55,833 nt of DNA from a virus (taxonomy: Duplodnaviria; Caudoviricetes), in IMG/VR virus record IMGVR_UViG_3300032401_002140, positions 1-55,833 of that record. One strand, 5' to 3'. Shown piece after piece: positions 18,757 through 28,670 of the stretch. Under the pieces are notes generated by a model. The model had not been told where the DNA came from. It did no database searches and saw only the letters and a program-made list of their open reading frames with translations. Position 1 is the first letter of the stretch; every line of letters starts with the position of its first letter. Both the position numbers and the translations under genes were made by a program.

Positions 18757-19907
18757 GATTTTCCTTTCATTGAATTGGGATTCTTCGCTGCGCTCAGAAT
18801 GACAGATTTGGGTTTATGGTTTTTAATTTTAAAAAAGTGGAGAATAATTTCGTCGGGTGGAGGAAGGGGGATGGATGGAAATTGGGACCATTCTTTTTTA
18901 TCCAGAAGACGACCGGCTTTTTGTTTCCCGACTCTTAAAGAAGCGGGCGAATCGAATTCTCTATCCCAATGATGAATCTCAGAATTAAAATGGGCATCTA
19001 ATAAATTTATTTTTGAAGTATCAATCTCCATTTCATATACCCATTCACCCCATTGTTTAAAAAAGAATGGGATATCGAAATGAATGCAATCATCCAGAAT
19101 CATTCGGAACCAATCTGGATGAGATGGACGGGCGTGTGGACCGGATTCACCGCCAGCGATCACTAGATCCAGATTAGGTTTATTTAATTGGGGGGGATTG
19201 AATTGGGATTCTTCGCTACGCTCAGAATGACAAGAGAGAGAATTTAGGGTAATAGGACTAAGAAGGGGTTCAAGAGAGATAAAGCGATAAGCTGCCGGGG
19301 AGTCTGCCAGGTAATGAAAGTTATCAGCGAATTCGGATTGGTTGCTAAAGGAGAAGCCGGGCATGATATTGGGGAAGAAGGAATGATTGGTGTGGTCAAG
19401 GATATTATCGAATTTCATTTGTAATGGAATTTGAAGATTTTCTGGTAAAGAATTTCCAGAAAGAATTTCATCGATGGCATCCAACCAATGAGTGGATAGA
19501 TCGGGTCGAGAGAGATATTCGTACAGGCGTTTGTACCGTTTGGTCAGGACCATGAAGAGATGCCAGTCCGCCAGACCCATGATGACGAAGGCTTTGTCGA
19601 TCTGTTGATCCGTGATGGATTCATGGAAAAGATCGGTCATAACGAAGATCCGGCGGGAACGGCGCCATTGGAACGGAAGAAATAGATCTTGTTCCCGGAA
19701 GCGGACAGTACCGGACCAATCCGGACCGTGATCAGTGGCCACGGTTAGCCCGGAATATTTCGCGGAGATTTTGGGATTGGGGTTACTCGCCAAGCGATGA
19801 GCGTCCCGGATGGCGTAACAATGGGCGCAGCCGGTATTGACTTTGGAACATCCCACGGTGATATACCAGGTGGCGTCCGCCCATTCAATGTTGGTGTGAT
19901 CAGACAT
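18753..19907 (-). CDS. DUF5131 / phage gp37-gp68 family protein
   Basis: TNIEWADATW, GCSKVNTGCAHCYA, DLFH, LTKR, SLEPLL, GGESG, PFFFKQWG, GRLLD. Confidence 0.9.
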   Translation of the reverse strand: MSDHTNIEWADATWYITVGCSKVNTGCAHCYAIRDAHRLASNPNPKISAKYSGLTVATDHGPDWSGTVRFREQDLFLPFQWRRSRRIFVMTDLFHESITDQQIDKAFVIMGLADWHLFMVLTKRYKRLYEYLSRPDLSTHWLDAIDEILSGNSLPENLQIPLQMKFDNILDHTNHSFFPNIMPGFSFSNQSEFADNFHYLADSPAAYRFISLEPLLSPITLNSLSCHSERSEESQFNPPQLNKPNLDLVIAGGESGPHARPSHPDWFRMILDDCIHFDIPFFFKQWGEWVYEMEIDTSKINLLDAHFNSEIHHWDREFDSPASLRVGKQKAGRLLDKKEWSQFPSIPLPPPDEIILHFFKIKNHKPKSVILSAAKNPNSMKGKS

Positions 19908-20176
19908 ATTTAATTATTTTTCCAATGATACATACGACCGGTTAAAAGATATATTATGAAACTGTATAAAAAACGAAGAAAGAAAAAATTATTATTTTTT
20001 ATAGAATTCCCGTTATGGAATTGGGATTTTTCGCGACCAGAATAAATCATTTTTTTCTACCTTCAATTTTGTATATACTTGGATGGGGATTATGGATCAG
20101 CCAATACATTGAATCCCGTGCAAATAATCGATAATATTTACCATATCGCAGCCAATTTAAAAGATTTTGTAGATAT

Positions 20177-21415
20177 CTAAACATTTAGATTATCCTTTGG
20201 TTTAACGGGTGTGGATTGAATGGAAAAGGATTTATAGTTTTTGACACAATTACGGAAAGCGATATCGAATTCATGAGAATATTTTTGAACCAGGACGGTT
20301 ATATCTGCTAATCCGGAGATTATAAAAACTCCATCCGATTCAATTAATTCCAGTTGATAAAATTCATCCAACATTTCTGAATGGAGACGTCCCTCGAGAT
20401 AGGATAGAATTTTTTTCCAGATGGCGGGTTGCGGGACCCGGGATGCAGATTTACCGTCTAAATAGGAAGTATCCAAGTCTTTCCAGGATTTGCCTAGGTC
20501 ATCGATGGAAGGTTTGGAAATGTTATCAATATGCCAATTACAACGTTTCTTTTCACCTTTCGGGAGTTTGCATTGGTCGAAGATAGCATGAATCTTATTG
20601 CGATATAGATCTTCAGGTACATTGGAACGGATTAATTTACCTAGAACACTATGGTCAATGATTTTATTGCTAATATAAGGTTCATGGTATTCGACGGAAT
20701 ATAGTTCTTTCCAGATTTTTGACCAGTTAGAACGTATTAAAATGAATTCTGAAGGGACTTTTTTAGTTTTTAAAGGTAGAGAAGATGGCGGTGAATGAAA
20801 TTCATCGCTATTCTTTTCTATATCTATAACTATATCTATAGGGGGACAATTATTAAAATTTTTTCCAATTGGGGACAATTCGTTAGAATTTTCTAAATTA
20901 GGACTAATTGGATTAATTTTTTCTAATTGGATATAATCTGCGAAATTTTCCCTAATTATCTCTAATTGGAGATAATTGGAACTAATTTTTCCAATTTTAC
21001 CAGACCATTGATTCCATTTAGGTTGTTTTAAATATTTATGATACCCTCGATAATTAATCAATTGTATAACCGGTTTAGAAATACATATAGATTGAGATTT
21101 TTTATGTAGGAGGGTAGCATTATACCAATGGATCAGACCTACCAGGTCATAGGCGGTTAGGACGATTGCCAGTTCTTTTTCGGATCTCCAGGTATTATTG
21201 GTGAGATAATTGCGCTGAATATCAAAGAGAGTAGCCGGTTCGACGAATCCATGTTCGTCGGCATGAATTAAAAGATAGGGATAGACGCATAAGGCTAAAT
21301 CTCCCAACGGTTGGAACTTATCCGGATTGACTTTAGTATGCTGTAACCGGTTTGCTACGATATATAATTTTTGTGATTGTGATAGAACCTTTTCAACCCA
21401 TCGACCCTCAGCCAT
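20177..21415 (-). CDS. Putative replication initiator with DnaA-N-like C-terminus
   Basis: N-terminal helical domain, central repeat-rich low-complexity linker, C-terminal IWKKILSYLEGRL...ELIESDG; upstream of dnaB. Confidence 0.6.
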   Translation of the reverse strand: MAEGRWVEKVLSQSQKLYIVANRLQHTKVNPDKFQPLGDLALCVYPYLLIHADEHGFVEPATLFDIQRNYLTNNTWRSEKELAIVLTAYDLVGLIHWYNATLLHKKSQSICISKPVIQLINYRGYHKYLKQPKWNQWSGKIGKISSNYLQLEIIRENFADYIQLEKINPISPNLENSNELSPIGKNFNNCPPIDIVIDIEKNSDEFHSPPSSLPLKTKKVPSEFILIRSNWSKIWKELYSVEYHEPYISNKIIDHSVLGKLIRSNVPEDLYRNKIHAIFDQCKLPKGEKKRCNWHIDNISKPSIDDLGKSWKDLDTSYLDGKSASRVPQPAIWKKILSYLEGRLHSEMLDEFYQLELIESDGVFIISGLADITVLVQKYSHEFDIAFRNCVKNYKSFSIQSTPVKPKDNLNV

Positions 21416-21622
21416 TTATACTTTGCTACTTTCCGGAATCCTATTCAAAAAATTTTTCTTATCATCGATATGAAATAAAAAGACTTCCAATTTATTAAAT
21501 GTAACTTCATTAATTTCACACCAATCGCTGGTACAACGAAAGGTATAGATGATTTGATTAGTATCCCTTTTTTCAGATATATATTGCATAAATTTTGAAC
21601 ATTTTGGACAACGATAAAACAT
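21416..21622 (-). CDS. Zinc-finger protein, Ogr/Delta-like
   Basis: C-x2-C-x21-C-x4-C (CPKC...CTSDWC) at the N-terminus, close to the P2 Ogr spacing. Confidence 0.5.
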   Translation of the reverse strand: MFYRCPKCSKFMQYISEKRDTNQIIYTFRCTSDWCEINEVTFNKLEVFLFHIDDKKNFLNRIPESSKV

Positions 21623-21626
21623 AAGT

Positions 21627-21899
21627 TTAGATTTTGAATGCCAATAATTCCTGTCGATCCGATTCAGATTTACGGATTTTATCGATAACAGCCACTTGGC
21701 CTTTGAAATACATGATGCGATACGAGTATCCGGTCCGGCCTATACGACGTGCATGTTTCATTGCGCCCCGGATGGTCCCTTCAAATTCACAAAGGAAAGT
21801 CAAGGATTCTTTATCCTGGTGTTGAATGCGTTCTTGATCATTAATTTTTAAATCCAAGGTTATAGGAGCCGGTTGGATTTCATAAATTTCCAGTTTCAT
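21627..21899 (-). CDS. Hypothetical protein
   Basis: 90 aa, GGAGG SD. Confidence 0.55.
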   Translation of the reverse strand: MKLEIYEIQPAPITLDLKINDQERIQHQDKESLTFLCEFEGTIRGAMKHARRIGRTGYSYRIMYFKGQVAVIDKIRKSESDRQELLAFKI

Positions 21900-22243
21900 A
21901 TTGACGGATCACCTCCCATCGAAGAAACAAAAATTAATAAAAAATAAAAGAATAAGGCGAATATAACGATAGATATGAATTCAGGAATCCAATCTTTCCA
22001 ATGAAATTCCCGTGGCCACTGATCCCACCTCCTGGTATTATGGATGAGTAGGGGTGGTTTATGTTGCGGTAAGGTTGTAGGAAGTGGGGTGTTTTTTTTA
22101 TGCCGTGAAAAAAATAATTCCGCGCCGGATATGGTAATAGTATTGTTATTATTGGACTTACTAAATTTCAGAAAATATTTAAAAAAGGAATACGGAAATT
22201 GAAAATTTCGTGTACGGGGCGGAATGAGTTGGAGGTGGATCAT
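21896..22243 (-). CDS. Hypothetical protein with C-terminal TM
   Basis: Coupled ORF, hydrophobic C-terminus. Confidence 0.45.
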   Translation of the reverse strand: MIHLQLIPPRTRNFQFPYSFFKYFLKFSKSNNNNTITISGAELFFSRHKKNTPLPTTLPQHKPPLLIHNTRRWDQWPREFHWKDWIPEFISIVIFALFFYFLLIFVSSMGGDPSI

Positions 22244-23445
22244 TGATATACCACCTTCTTACCCGGATTACTGAAAAGAGGAATTGCGGTAATATTGTGC
22301 GGAAAAATGGTATCAAGATTATAGGGACACCGAGTTTCTTCTTCTATCGACCGGAGATAAATATCGGTTGTCTGCCGCTGGGCATGACCTAATTGGGATT
22401 GAATGAATTCCTTATCGATATGTGACCGATCCAATAAGGAGGCATAATAGGACCGTAAACCTTTTAATCCAAAGTTCGGGAGTTGTCCCGCAATAATAAT
22501 TTCTTGCATCCGGGTATAGATGAATTTTTGAGAGAAAGGTTTATCTTTGCTTTTCGAGAAGAGGTATCCGGATGGTGAAGAGATCCGGGATTGTAGTAAG
22601 AGTGATAAATTTCGCGGGATAAAAATTTTCCGGACGCGTTTATTTTTGGTAGTAGATTCTTTTCCCAGGAAAATAGACCGCTGGATCATAATATAATCGT
22701 ATTGGAAATTACAATCGGATCGTTTAATCCCAACCGCTTCCATCGGCCGACAACCGGTTCCCAATAAGGTTAATAAGAATTCATGGAAATCCGTATCGAG
22801 TTGTTTGGCCAGGGATAAAAGGGTGTCGATATGAGAAATAGTCCAGGTTTTTTCGCAGGGATTTTTTTTCATTCCGGAGGATTTGAAAGTATACGTGAGA
22901 TGTGTTGCCGGATTATCCTGGATGATTCCGGAGAAGATCCCGTATTCCATGATGTTGTGTATTATACTCTTCACTCTAATTACCTGAGCCATACTTTGTT
23001 TTTTATTTATTAACAGTTCGGTCAACATATCATGGATTTCTTTACGTGTCAAGTCTTGTAATTTTATATGACCCAGGACCGGGATAATAATATTTTTAAG
23101 AATGGAACGGTAATTAATTTGAGAAGAGCGGGAGAGATGGGTGAGAACATATTCCGAAAACCATTGTTCTGAAAAATCCGATAACAAAACAGTTCCGGGT
23201 ACAATATGTTTCATAATGCGATACCGGAGTTTACGCCATAATTCCCGTTCAAATTCCTGAACATTCACCAGATGCGGGTCGACAGTCCATTGGTGGCGAT
23301 GGTCCATATAATTTTCATTGAAACGAATATGTCCATTGGATAACGTATGCCGAACTATATTTGGATGTTTCATGTTGTTATTCATCCCATTAATAAACAC
23401 ATATTGGGGAATAATATTGTGATTGATAGAGAATCTTTCTGTCAA
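22240..23445 (-). CDS. int: Phage integrase (tyrosine recombinase)
   Basis: Core-binding domain (IIPVLGHIKLQDLT), TGCRPMEA, TKNKRVR, LKGLRSYYAS (HxxR His replaced by Lys), LGH...TTDIY. Confidence 0.85.
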   Translation of the reverse strand: MTERFSINHNIIPQYVFINGMNNNMKHPNIVRHTLSNGHIRFNENYMDHRHQWTVDPHLVNVQEFERELWRKLRYRIMKHIVPGTVLLSDFSEQWFSEYVLTHLSRSSQINYRSILKNIIIPVLGHIKLQDLTRKEIHDMLTELLINKKQSMAQVIRVKSIIHNIMEYGIFSGIIQDNPATHLTYTFKSSGMKKNPCEKTWTISHIDTLLSLAKQLDTDFHEFLLTLLGTGCRPMEAVGIKRSDCNFQYDYIMIQRSIFLGKESTTKNKRVRKIFIPRNLSLLLQSRISSPSGYLFSKSKDKPFSQKFIYTRMQEIIIAGQLPNFGLKGLRSYYASLLDRSHIDKEFIQSQLGHAQRQTTDIYLRSIEEETRCPYNLDTIFPHNITAIPLFSNPGKKVVYQ

Positions 23446-23447
23446 GT

Positions 23448-23621
23448 TTAAATATCCTTTTTAATAATTTTATCGCGACGTTTCATTTCTTGTTGAATCA
23501 GCCAAATGAGTTCATCATTCGCCGAGCGCAAATCTTTATCCGCCATATTTTTTAAATCATTCCAATCTTTATTAGGACAGCGGAAGTTGACGATGATTAA
23601 GTTTTTATTTTTTGCAACCAT
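23448..23621 (-). CDS. Arc-like RHH repressor, 57 aa (not in ORF track)
   Basis: MVAKNKNLIIVNFRCPNKDWNDLKNMADKDLRSANDELIWLIQQEM; first gene of the early operon. Confidence 0.7.
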   Translation of the reverse strand: MVAKNKNLIIVNFRCPNKDWNDLKNMADKDLRSANDELIWLIQQEMKRRDKIIKKDI

Positions 23622-23628
23622 GCAATCT

Positions 23629-23656
23629 ATAATAGCATAATTTTGGCATTTGTCAA
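23629..23656 (-). promoter_or_regulatory. Early-operon sigma70 promoter, leaderless
   Basis: TTGACA-16 nt-(TGC)TATTAT, then 7 nt to ATG 23621. Confidence 0.65.
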
Positions 23657-23732
23657 GTAAATAATTTTTAAAGCCATTTAGGTGATAGAAAATAGGTCTT
23701 ATGGGACATATGGGGGCGGTTATGAAAAGAAC

Positions 23733-23758
23733 TGGATTCCGGCTTTCGCCGGAATGAC
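23733..23758 (+). repeat. dRS3-like hairpin family D (TGGATTCC[G/A]GCTTTCGC[C/T]GGAATGAC), representative copy
   Basis: Copies at ~6341, 23733, 35382, 41256, 48237, 54629, 54759; compensatory G-C/A-T stem change between copies. Confidence 0.9.
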
Positions 23759-23772
23759 GGAAGGAGAATCTA

Positions 23773-23809
23773 ATTCAACGTAGAAATATAAAGTAAGCCC
23801 GATTACTAT
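23773..23809 (+). promoter_or_regulatory. Putative late promoter 2 (packaging operon)
   Basis: ATTCAACGTAG box, TACTAT at offset 32, ATG 49 nt downstream. Confidence 0.7.
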
Positions 23810-23821
23810 TTATTAAATAAT

Positions 23822-24196
23822 ATGGAATCCATCAGTAAAATGGAATTAGCCCGCCGGATAGGAACGGAGTTTTATTTATTGCAGAATTGTTTTCAGAATA
23901 AATTGATCCCAAATCATTTATTCCGATTAATTCCCAGGGAATTAAAATTATTGAAACCGGTGCGGGGATGTCCTTTGAAATATGAATATGATGTGGAAGG
24001 GATACGGGGTTGGTACCAGAATTATGTATTGACCCAGGGAAAGAGGAAGGAACGGGGACAAAATCAATTAATGCCATTGACTTTGCGGATATCTAAAATC
24101 GTTTATGACAAATTAAAAATTGAAGCGGGAGAAAACGGATACCGGTCAATGTCGCGATATGTCCGGCAGATATTATCCCAACGAGTGAAAGAATGA
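23822..24196 (+). CDS. DNA-binding protein (wHTH-like N-terminus, RHH C-terminus)
   Basis: ISKMELARRIG; LTLRISKIVYDKLKIEAGENGYRSMSRYVRQIL. Confidence 0.6.
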   Translation: MESISKMELARRIGTEFYLLQNCFQNKLIPNHLFRLIPRELKLLKPVRGCPLKYEYDVEGIRGWYQNYVLTQGKRKERGQNQLMPLTLRISKIVYDKLKIEAGENGYRSMSRYVRQILSQRVKE

Positions 24197-24840
24197 GTGA
24201 AGAAAAGATCAATAAAGAATTATTTGATTTATACCGTTACGATATTTTAAAAGAGATCAAGGTATCGGAAGTGAGACTGATCCGGGACTGGTCCAAACAT
24301 ATCGGGCAATTACCCGGGATTCAGAATGCGTTACGCTGGGAAGAGAGAATAGACGATAAGCAATGGGATTTAAAAAAAGAATTGTATCAAAGTGTGATAT
24401 CCGATTTATTACAGTATGCCGTAGAGAATCCGTTACGTCCGGTATCCGCTTTATACATGATGGTGAATCCGGTATTGGCCAGAAAATTAATGGCCCGGAT
24501 CATGATGGATAACCCGACCGCCAAAGAATTGGATCCGTATAAACAATTATTACAAACATTACGCGGGATCATTAAAGATATCACGACCGTAGCGGGATTC
24601 AGCGAAGAAATTACCAAGAGTCTTTCTATTCAGGAACATATCATTACGGAACGGATCTCCCATCAGAATGAGGTTATCTTTCGGTTGGCCATCGATTATA
24701 CCTTGCAGGATTTAATTAAATTGAAAATGATGAACGATACATTAAAAGAAAAGTTTTATGGATTATTTGAAGAGAATCTAGAGAAAGCCGCGAAGGAAAA
24801 GTTCGATGTTGAAACCACCGCCACCCCGGAACCGGTTTGA
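24193..24840 (+). CDS. Putative terminase small subunit
   Basis: Helical protein overlapping the start of the large terminase; positional call only. Confidence 0.45.
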   Translation: MSEEKINKELFDLYRYDILKEIKVSEVRLIRDWSKHIGQLPGIQNALRWEERIDDKQWDLKKELYQSVISDLLQYAVENPLRPVSALYMMVNPVLARKLMARIMMDNPTAKELDPYKQLLQTLRGIIKDITTVAGFSEEITKSLSIQEHIITERISHQNEVIFRLAIDYTLQDLIKLKMMNDTLKEKFYGLFEENLEKAAKEKFDVETTATPEPV

Positions 24841-26686
24841 TTTCGCCAGTTATGTTTCCCGTGAAACCATGAGTCGAGCGGGATTGAATTCGGAGAATCT
24901 CCCGACCAAAACCCGATTGGGTGAGAAGTCCAATGACCCGGATTTTATCGAGATCATGCCGCATCCCTTGGATTATTTCGACAAGATATTGGGAATTAAT
25001 CCGTATGGATATTGTGAGGGGCATAAACGAAAAAAACTGCAAGAAAAGTTAATTGTAGATATTTGCGGGGAGAATCCGCGGGAATTCCGGCGAGGGAAAG
25101 GATTTCTACAAAAGCACGATAACCGGTTATTGATCGCCACCGGCGGCGGGAAAGATTTTATTATTCCCGGTTGTTTGCATTATTTACGGGATAAATTACT
25201 CTGTTGTCGAAACCCACAAAAAATCTTAAAAAAACATCCCTTATCCAAGATTGAATTTTATTTAGTATCTTTTACCGAACAGAATGCCAATAATAATATT
25301 TGGAGCACCTATTTGAATTTTTTACGAGGGTGTCCAAAATTAGTTAAATGGCTGGCGGAGCGGGGTTTTGATTATACAGATCGGACGGGAGATATCAAAA
25401 CCAATGAAGTGCGATATCCCAAAAATATATATACCCGTTTATTAAATGCCAAATATTATTCGGCGAAATCGAATGAGGGATATTGTTATGTATTCAATGA
25501 AGTAAGTTCAGTAGCTTTTGAAACTGCGAAAATGGGTTATGAGGAAATGCGCCGGAATAGCGATGGCCGGTTTGAAGAATTTAATATTAATATATTAATG
25601 AGCGCGCCGGATCCCAAGAAAGAAGAGAACACAGATTATATGTGTTTTGCGATTAAGGAAGGACAAAGGGGTAAAATCACAGATGAATTTGGGAATGTAG
25701 AAACGGAATTAGAGGATGAGATTTATACCTTCGTAGGACCCACTTGTTGTATGAACCCAACAAAATCTTATGCCTCGATTGCCATGAAATGTGAAGATCC
25801 CAATATCTCGGATGAAGAACGGTATAACAATAATTTAGCCTATTTATTAAAACGATTACCGTTACGCGGGGAGGAGAGTTTTTTTAAATTTACAGACCGG
25901 ATTTACGCGGGATTTGAAAAGGATTTGAATTTTATCTGCCGATGGGAACCGGCTTTGAGGGAACATCACGATACAAAGACCGGGAAAATAAAAAAATATA
26001 TCGGAGCGCGGTTATTGGATTTAAAATCTGAAAAGACGTTTAGTTATATCTGCGCCGCGGATACTTCAGAGATGCGCTGTGCGACCGTAGAGGTCATGGG
26101 TCATGTAGATGGGGACGGGAATATGGTGATTGATTTAATCGTTCCCCTGGTACCGGATGTGAAGAAACAGATTGCAGTAGATTACGCGGGACCGGAACGG
26201 GTGGAAGGAATGAAGTTACCGGATTCAGACCGGACGGGGTTATTGGATAATTTGGAACTATTGGCGGAGCGCAGAAATATACGGAAATATGTATTTGATA
26301 AATTCGATACCCCACCATTGGCGCAGAAATTGGAGCAAGTCACGAAAGTAACCGTGGAATTACATCATTTTCAAAATGCCCAGCAAGTACGATTTTATAA
26401 AACGTTACGGGCATTGATCGATGCCGGGAAGTTTCATTGTCCATATTTTGAGATCACGGATGAAAAGAATAACCGGTTAATCGATATCCATTCCGCGATG
26501 TTCACGGTGAAATCTATTATGACGGCGGGTGGACAATTAAAAATCATTACCCCGTTCAAGGATTATATCGATCCGATAGCTCATATATGCGGGGAATTTT
26601 TCGATCCCCCGGATGAGGATACGACTTATAACAATTATACGAAAGAAGAGAAACAGGGAATGATCAGACAAATGGGATGGGTTTAA
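24806..26686 (+). CDS. terL: Terminase large subunit
   Basis: ATGGGKDF Walker A, YCYVFNE Walker-B-like, ILMSAP coupling motif, ICAADTS and VFDKF nuclease acidic residues. Confidence 0.8.
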   Translation: MLKPPPPRNRFDFASYVSRETMSRAGLNSENLPTKTRLGEKSNDPDFIEIMPHPLDYFDKILGINPYGYCEGHKRKKLQEKLIVDICGENPREFRRGKGFLQKHDNRLLIATGGGKDFIIPGCLHYLRDKLLCCRNPQKILKKHPLSKIEFYLVSFTEQNANNNIWSTYLNFLRGCPKLVKWLAERGFDYTDRTGDIKTNEVRYPKNIYTRLLNAKYYSAKSNEGYCYVFNEVSSVAFETAKMGYEEMRRNSDGRFEEFNINILMSAPDPKKEENTDYMCFAIKEGQRGKITDEFGNVETELEDEIYTFVGPTCCMNPTKSYASIAMKCEDPNISDEERYNNNLAYLLKRLPLRGEESFFKFTDRIYAGFEKDLNFICRWEPALREHHDTKTGKIKKYIGARLLDLKSEKTFSYICAADTSEMRCATVEVMGHVDGDGNMVIDLIVPLVPDVKKQIAVDYAGPERVEGMKLPDSDRTGLLDNLELLAERRNIRKYVFDKFDTPPLAQKLEQVTKVTVELHHFQNAQQVRFYKTLRALIDAGKFHCPYFEITDEKNNRLIDIHSAMFTVKSIMTAGGQLKIITPFKDYIDPIAHICGEFFDPPDEDTTYNNYTKEEKQGMIRQMGWV

Positions 26687-26776
26687 AAATTAGTTTCTAG
26701 TTTCTAGTTTAAAGTTTAAGGTTCAGAGCAATAGGTCTGATAGGACTTATAGGGCGGATAGGAAAGCAAAAAGTTA

Positions 26777-26814
26777 ATTCAACGTAGATTTATTTTAAGA
26801 AAGCGGGGTAAGGT
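26777..26814 (+). promoter_or_regulatory. Putative late promoter 3 (portal)
   Basis: ATTCAACGTAG box, TAAGGT at offset 33, ATG 49 nt downstream. Confidence 0.65.
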
Positions 26815-26825
26815 CGAAGGCGATT

Positions 26826-28607
26826 ATGAAATTCAATTTACAGTTTGATAGCGGTTTAAGAAAAGTAAAATCTATATTTAAATCCAAATTACCTATAAAG
26901 ATCAATGAGGAATTAAAAGCGACCCGGGAAAAGAATTGGATTACCCTGGGACGGGAAGATCATTTATCCGGAAAACCCACCCTGCAAGCCTCTTATTACC
27001 GGATCAAAGAAATCAATGAGGAATTGCAAGCCTCCTGGACGGATCCGAACGGATGGTGGAACCCTTACCGGAACCGGACCGTGAACCCATCAGGAAGCGT
27101 GAATTTAGCGCAACCGACTAATTTCTATGAACAATTAATGACCTCACGGGTGATGTATGGGGAACCGATTACCCGACGGGATGATGAAGTCTTATCGACG
27201 ATCACCACCTATATGGATTTCAAAGTACATGCCGCAGTGGGATATGGGTGCATGATCATACCGAAAATGGTGATGGGGCCGGGGATGGGGATCCAGGCAC
27301 AATTAAATGCATTGCATTGTTTGAAAGAAATATTTAATAAAGATTATACCGGGGAACAGATACAAAAAGTGGAAAAGGAATTAATGGCTCAATCGCAATC
27401 GGTGATGAAACCTACTGAATGGGAAGATGCCATGAAATTAAAAAAGGTATTCGATTGGTGGACCCGGAATATTAATGACGAGCGGTTTTTTAAGAACGGG
27501 CAATTGGACGGGCCGGTAATCGATATCGATTCCGGATTTAACGGAGTCCGGTATCAACTCCACCGGCAGATTTATGAAGGATTAGTCGTGATGCGATATA
27601 CCCGGGATGAAGTAAAAACCCCTTATGGCCTATATAATTTACCGACCACGATCAGTTTTATCGATCCAATGATGATTGAACCCTATGATCTTAAAACCGG
27701 GGAATTATTAATGGATAAATTTTTTATGAATTATGAGCAAAGTATATCTTTTGGCCAGGTAGGATGGAAATATAAACAGGAATATGCCAATGGTATGAAA
27801 TTGGTTAATGATAAAAATGTACGATACCTGGTACGGAAAATGTTTTGTCGGCAAGGGCAATTGATGCCGGTTCCGTTTTTAATCCGGAAAGATGTATTTG
27901 CGATTGCGTTGATTATCCGAATGATGAAAAATATGGATTATGCTTTATCGCGCGGGACGGTGGATTATTTCTTTTTAATCACCTTAGACGGGAAAGAATT
28001 GAAAGAATTGGGATTCGATAAAATGGATATCCAAGATTGGATGACGGAAACATCCGCTAAATTTAAACAGAGATTATCCAATACCATGGCGTATGTGGGA
28101 TTACCCGGGACGAAAGCAGAAATGATCCAGCCGGATCTAGCCGCTTTGATTAACCAGGGTAAATATGCACCATTTTACCGGATGCTATTGGATGCGATGG
28201 ATATGCCTTCCATAGATGTGGACGATACCGGACGAATGAAATCGGTATTAAATCCGAAAGTATTTTTAGCGGCGATGGAATGGCTGGGGTTATGGGAAAA
28301 GGAATTATGGGAACATTGTATATTTGAGAATGAGATCTTGGGACAGAATCCGGTTTTAATGAAATTAGCGAATGGGGAAGTACCTAATCTGTGGTTATGT
28401 CCAAAGACGATATTTGAAACTCAAGCGACCACCCGAACGAGAGAAAGTTTATTCAAAGCGGGATATTCGGATTATGGTTCGATGGCACGGTCGATTGGGA
28501 TGGATCCGGATGCGGTAACTTCTATGAGGAAAATAGAGAATGAAAGCGGATTAGCGGATATTATGTTACCGATTCAGACTTTTACACAAGGGGTGAATAA
28601 AAAATAA
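26826..28607 (+). CDS. Portal protein
   Basis: 593 aa directly after terL; PTTISFIDPMMIE clip-like segment; helical C-terminus. Confidence 0.7.
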   Translation: MKFNLQFDSGLRKVKSIFKSKLPIKINEELKATREKNWITLGREDHLSGKPTLQASYYRIKEINEELQASWTDPNGWWNPYRNRTVNPSGSVNLAQPTNFYEQLMTSRVMYGEPITRRDDEVLSTITTYMDFKVHAAVGYGCMIIPKMVMGPGMGIQAQLNALHCLKEIFNKDYTGEQIQKVEKELMAQSQSVMKPTEWEDAMKLKKVFDWWTRNINDERFFKNGQLDGPVIDIDSGFNGVRYQLHRQIYEGLVVMRYTRDEVKTPYGLYNLPTTISFIDPMMIEPYDLKTGELLMDKFFMNYEQSISFGQVGWKYKQEYANGMKLVNDKNVRYLVRKMFCRQGQLMPVPFLIRKDVFAIALIIRMMKNMDYALSRGTVDYFFLITLDGKELKELGFDKMDIQDWMTETSAKFKQRLSNTMAYVGLPGTKAEMIQPDLAALINQGKYAPFYRMLLDAMDMPSIDVDDTGRMKSVLNPKVFLAAMEWLGLWEKELWEHCIFENEILGQNPVLMKLANGEVPNLWLCPKTIFETQATTRTRESLFKAGYSDYGSMARSIGMDPDAVTSMRKIENESGLADIMLPIQTFTQGVNKK

Positions 28608-28670
28608 GTTTCTAGTTTCTAGTTTAAAGTTTAAAGTTTAAAGTTACAGGGAAAAAAGGTTGAAGAGAAT

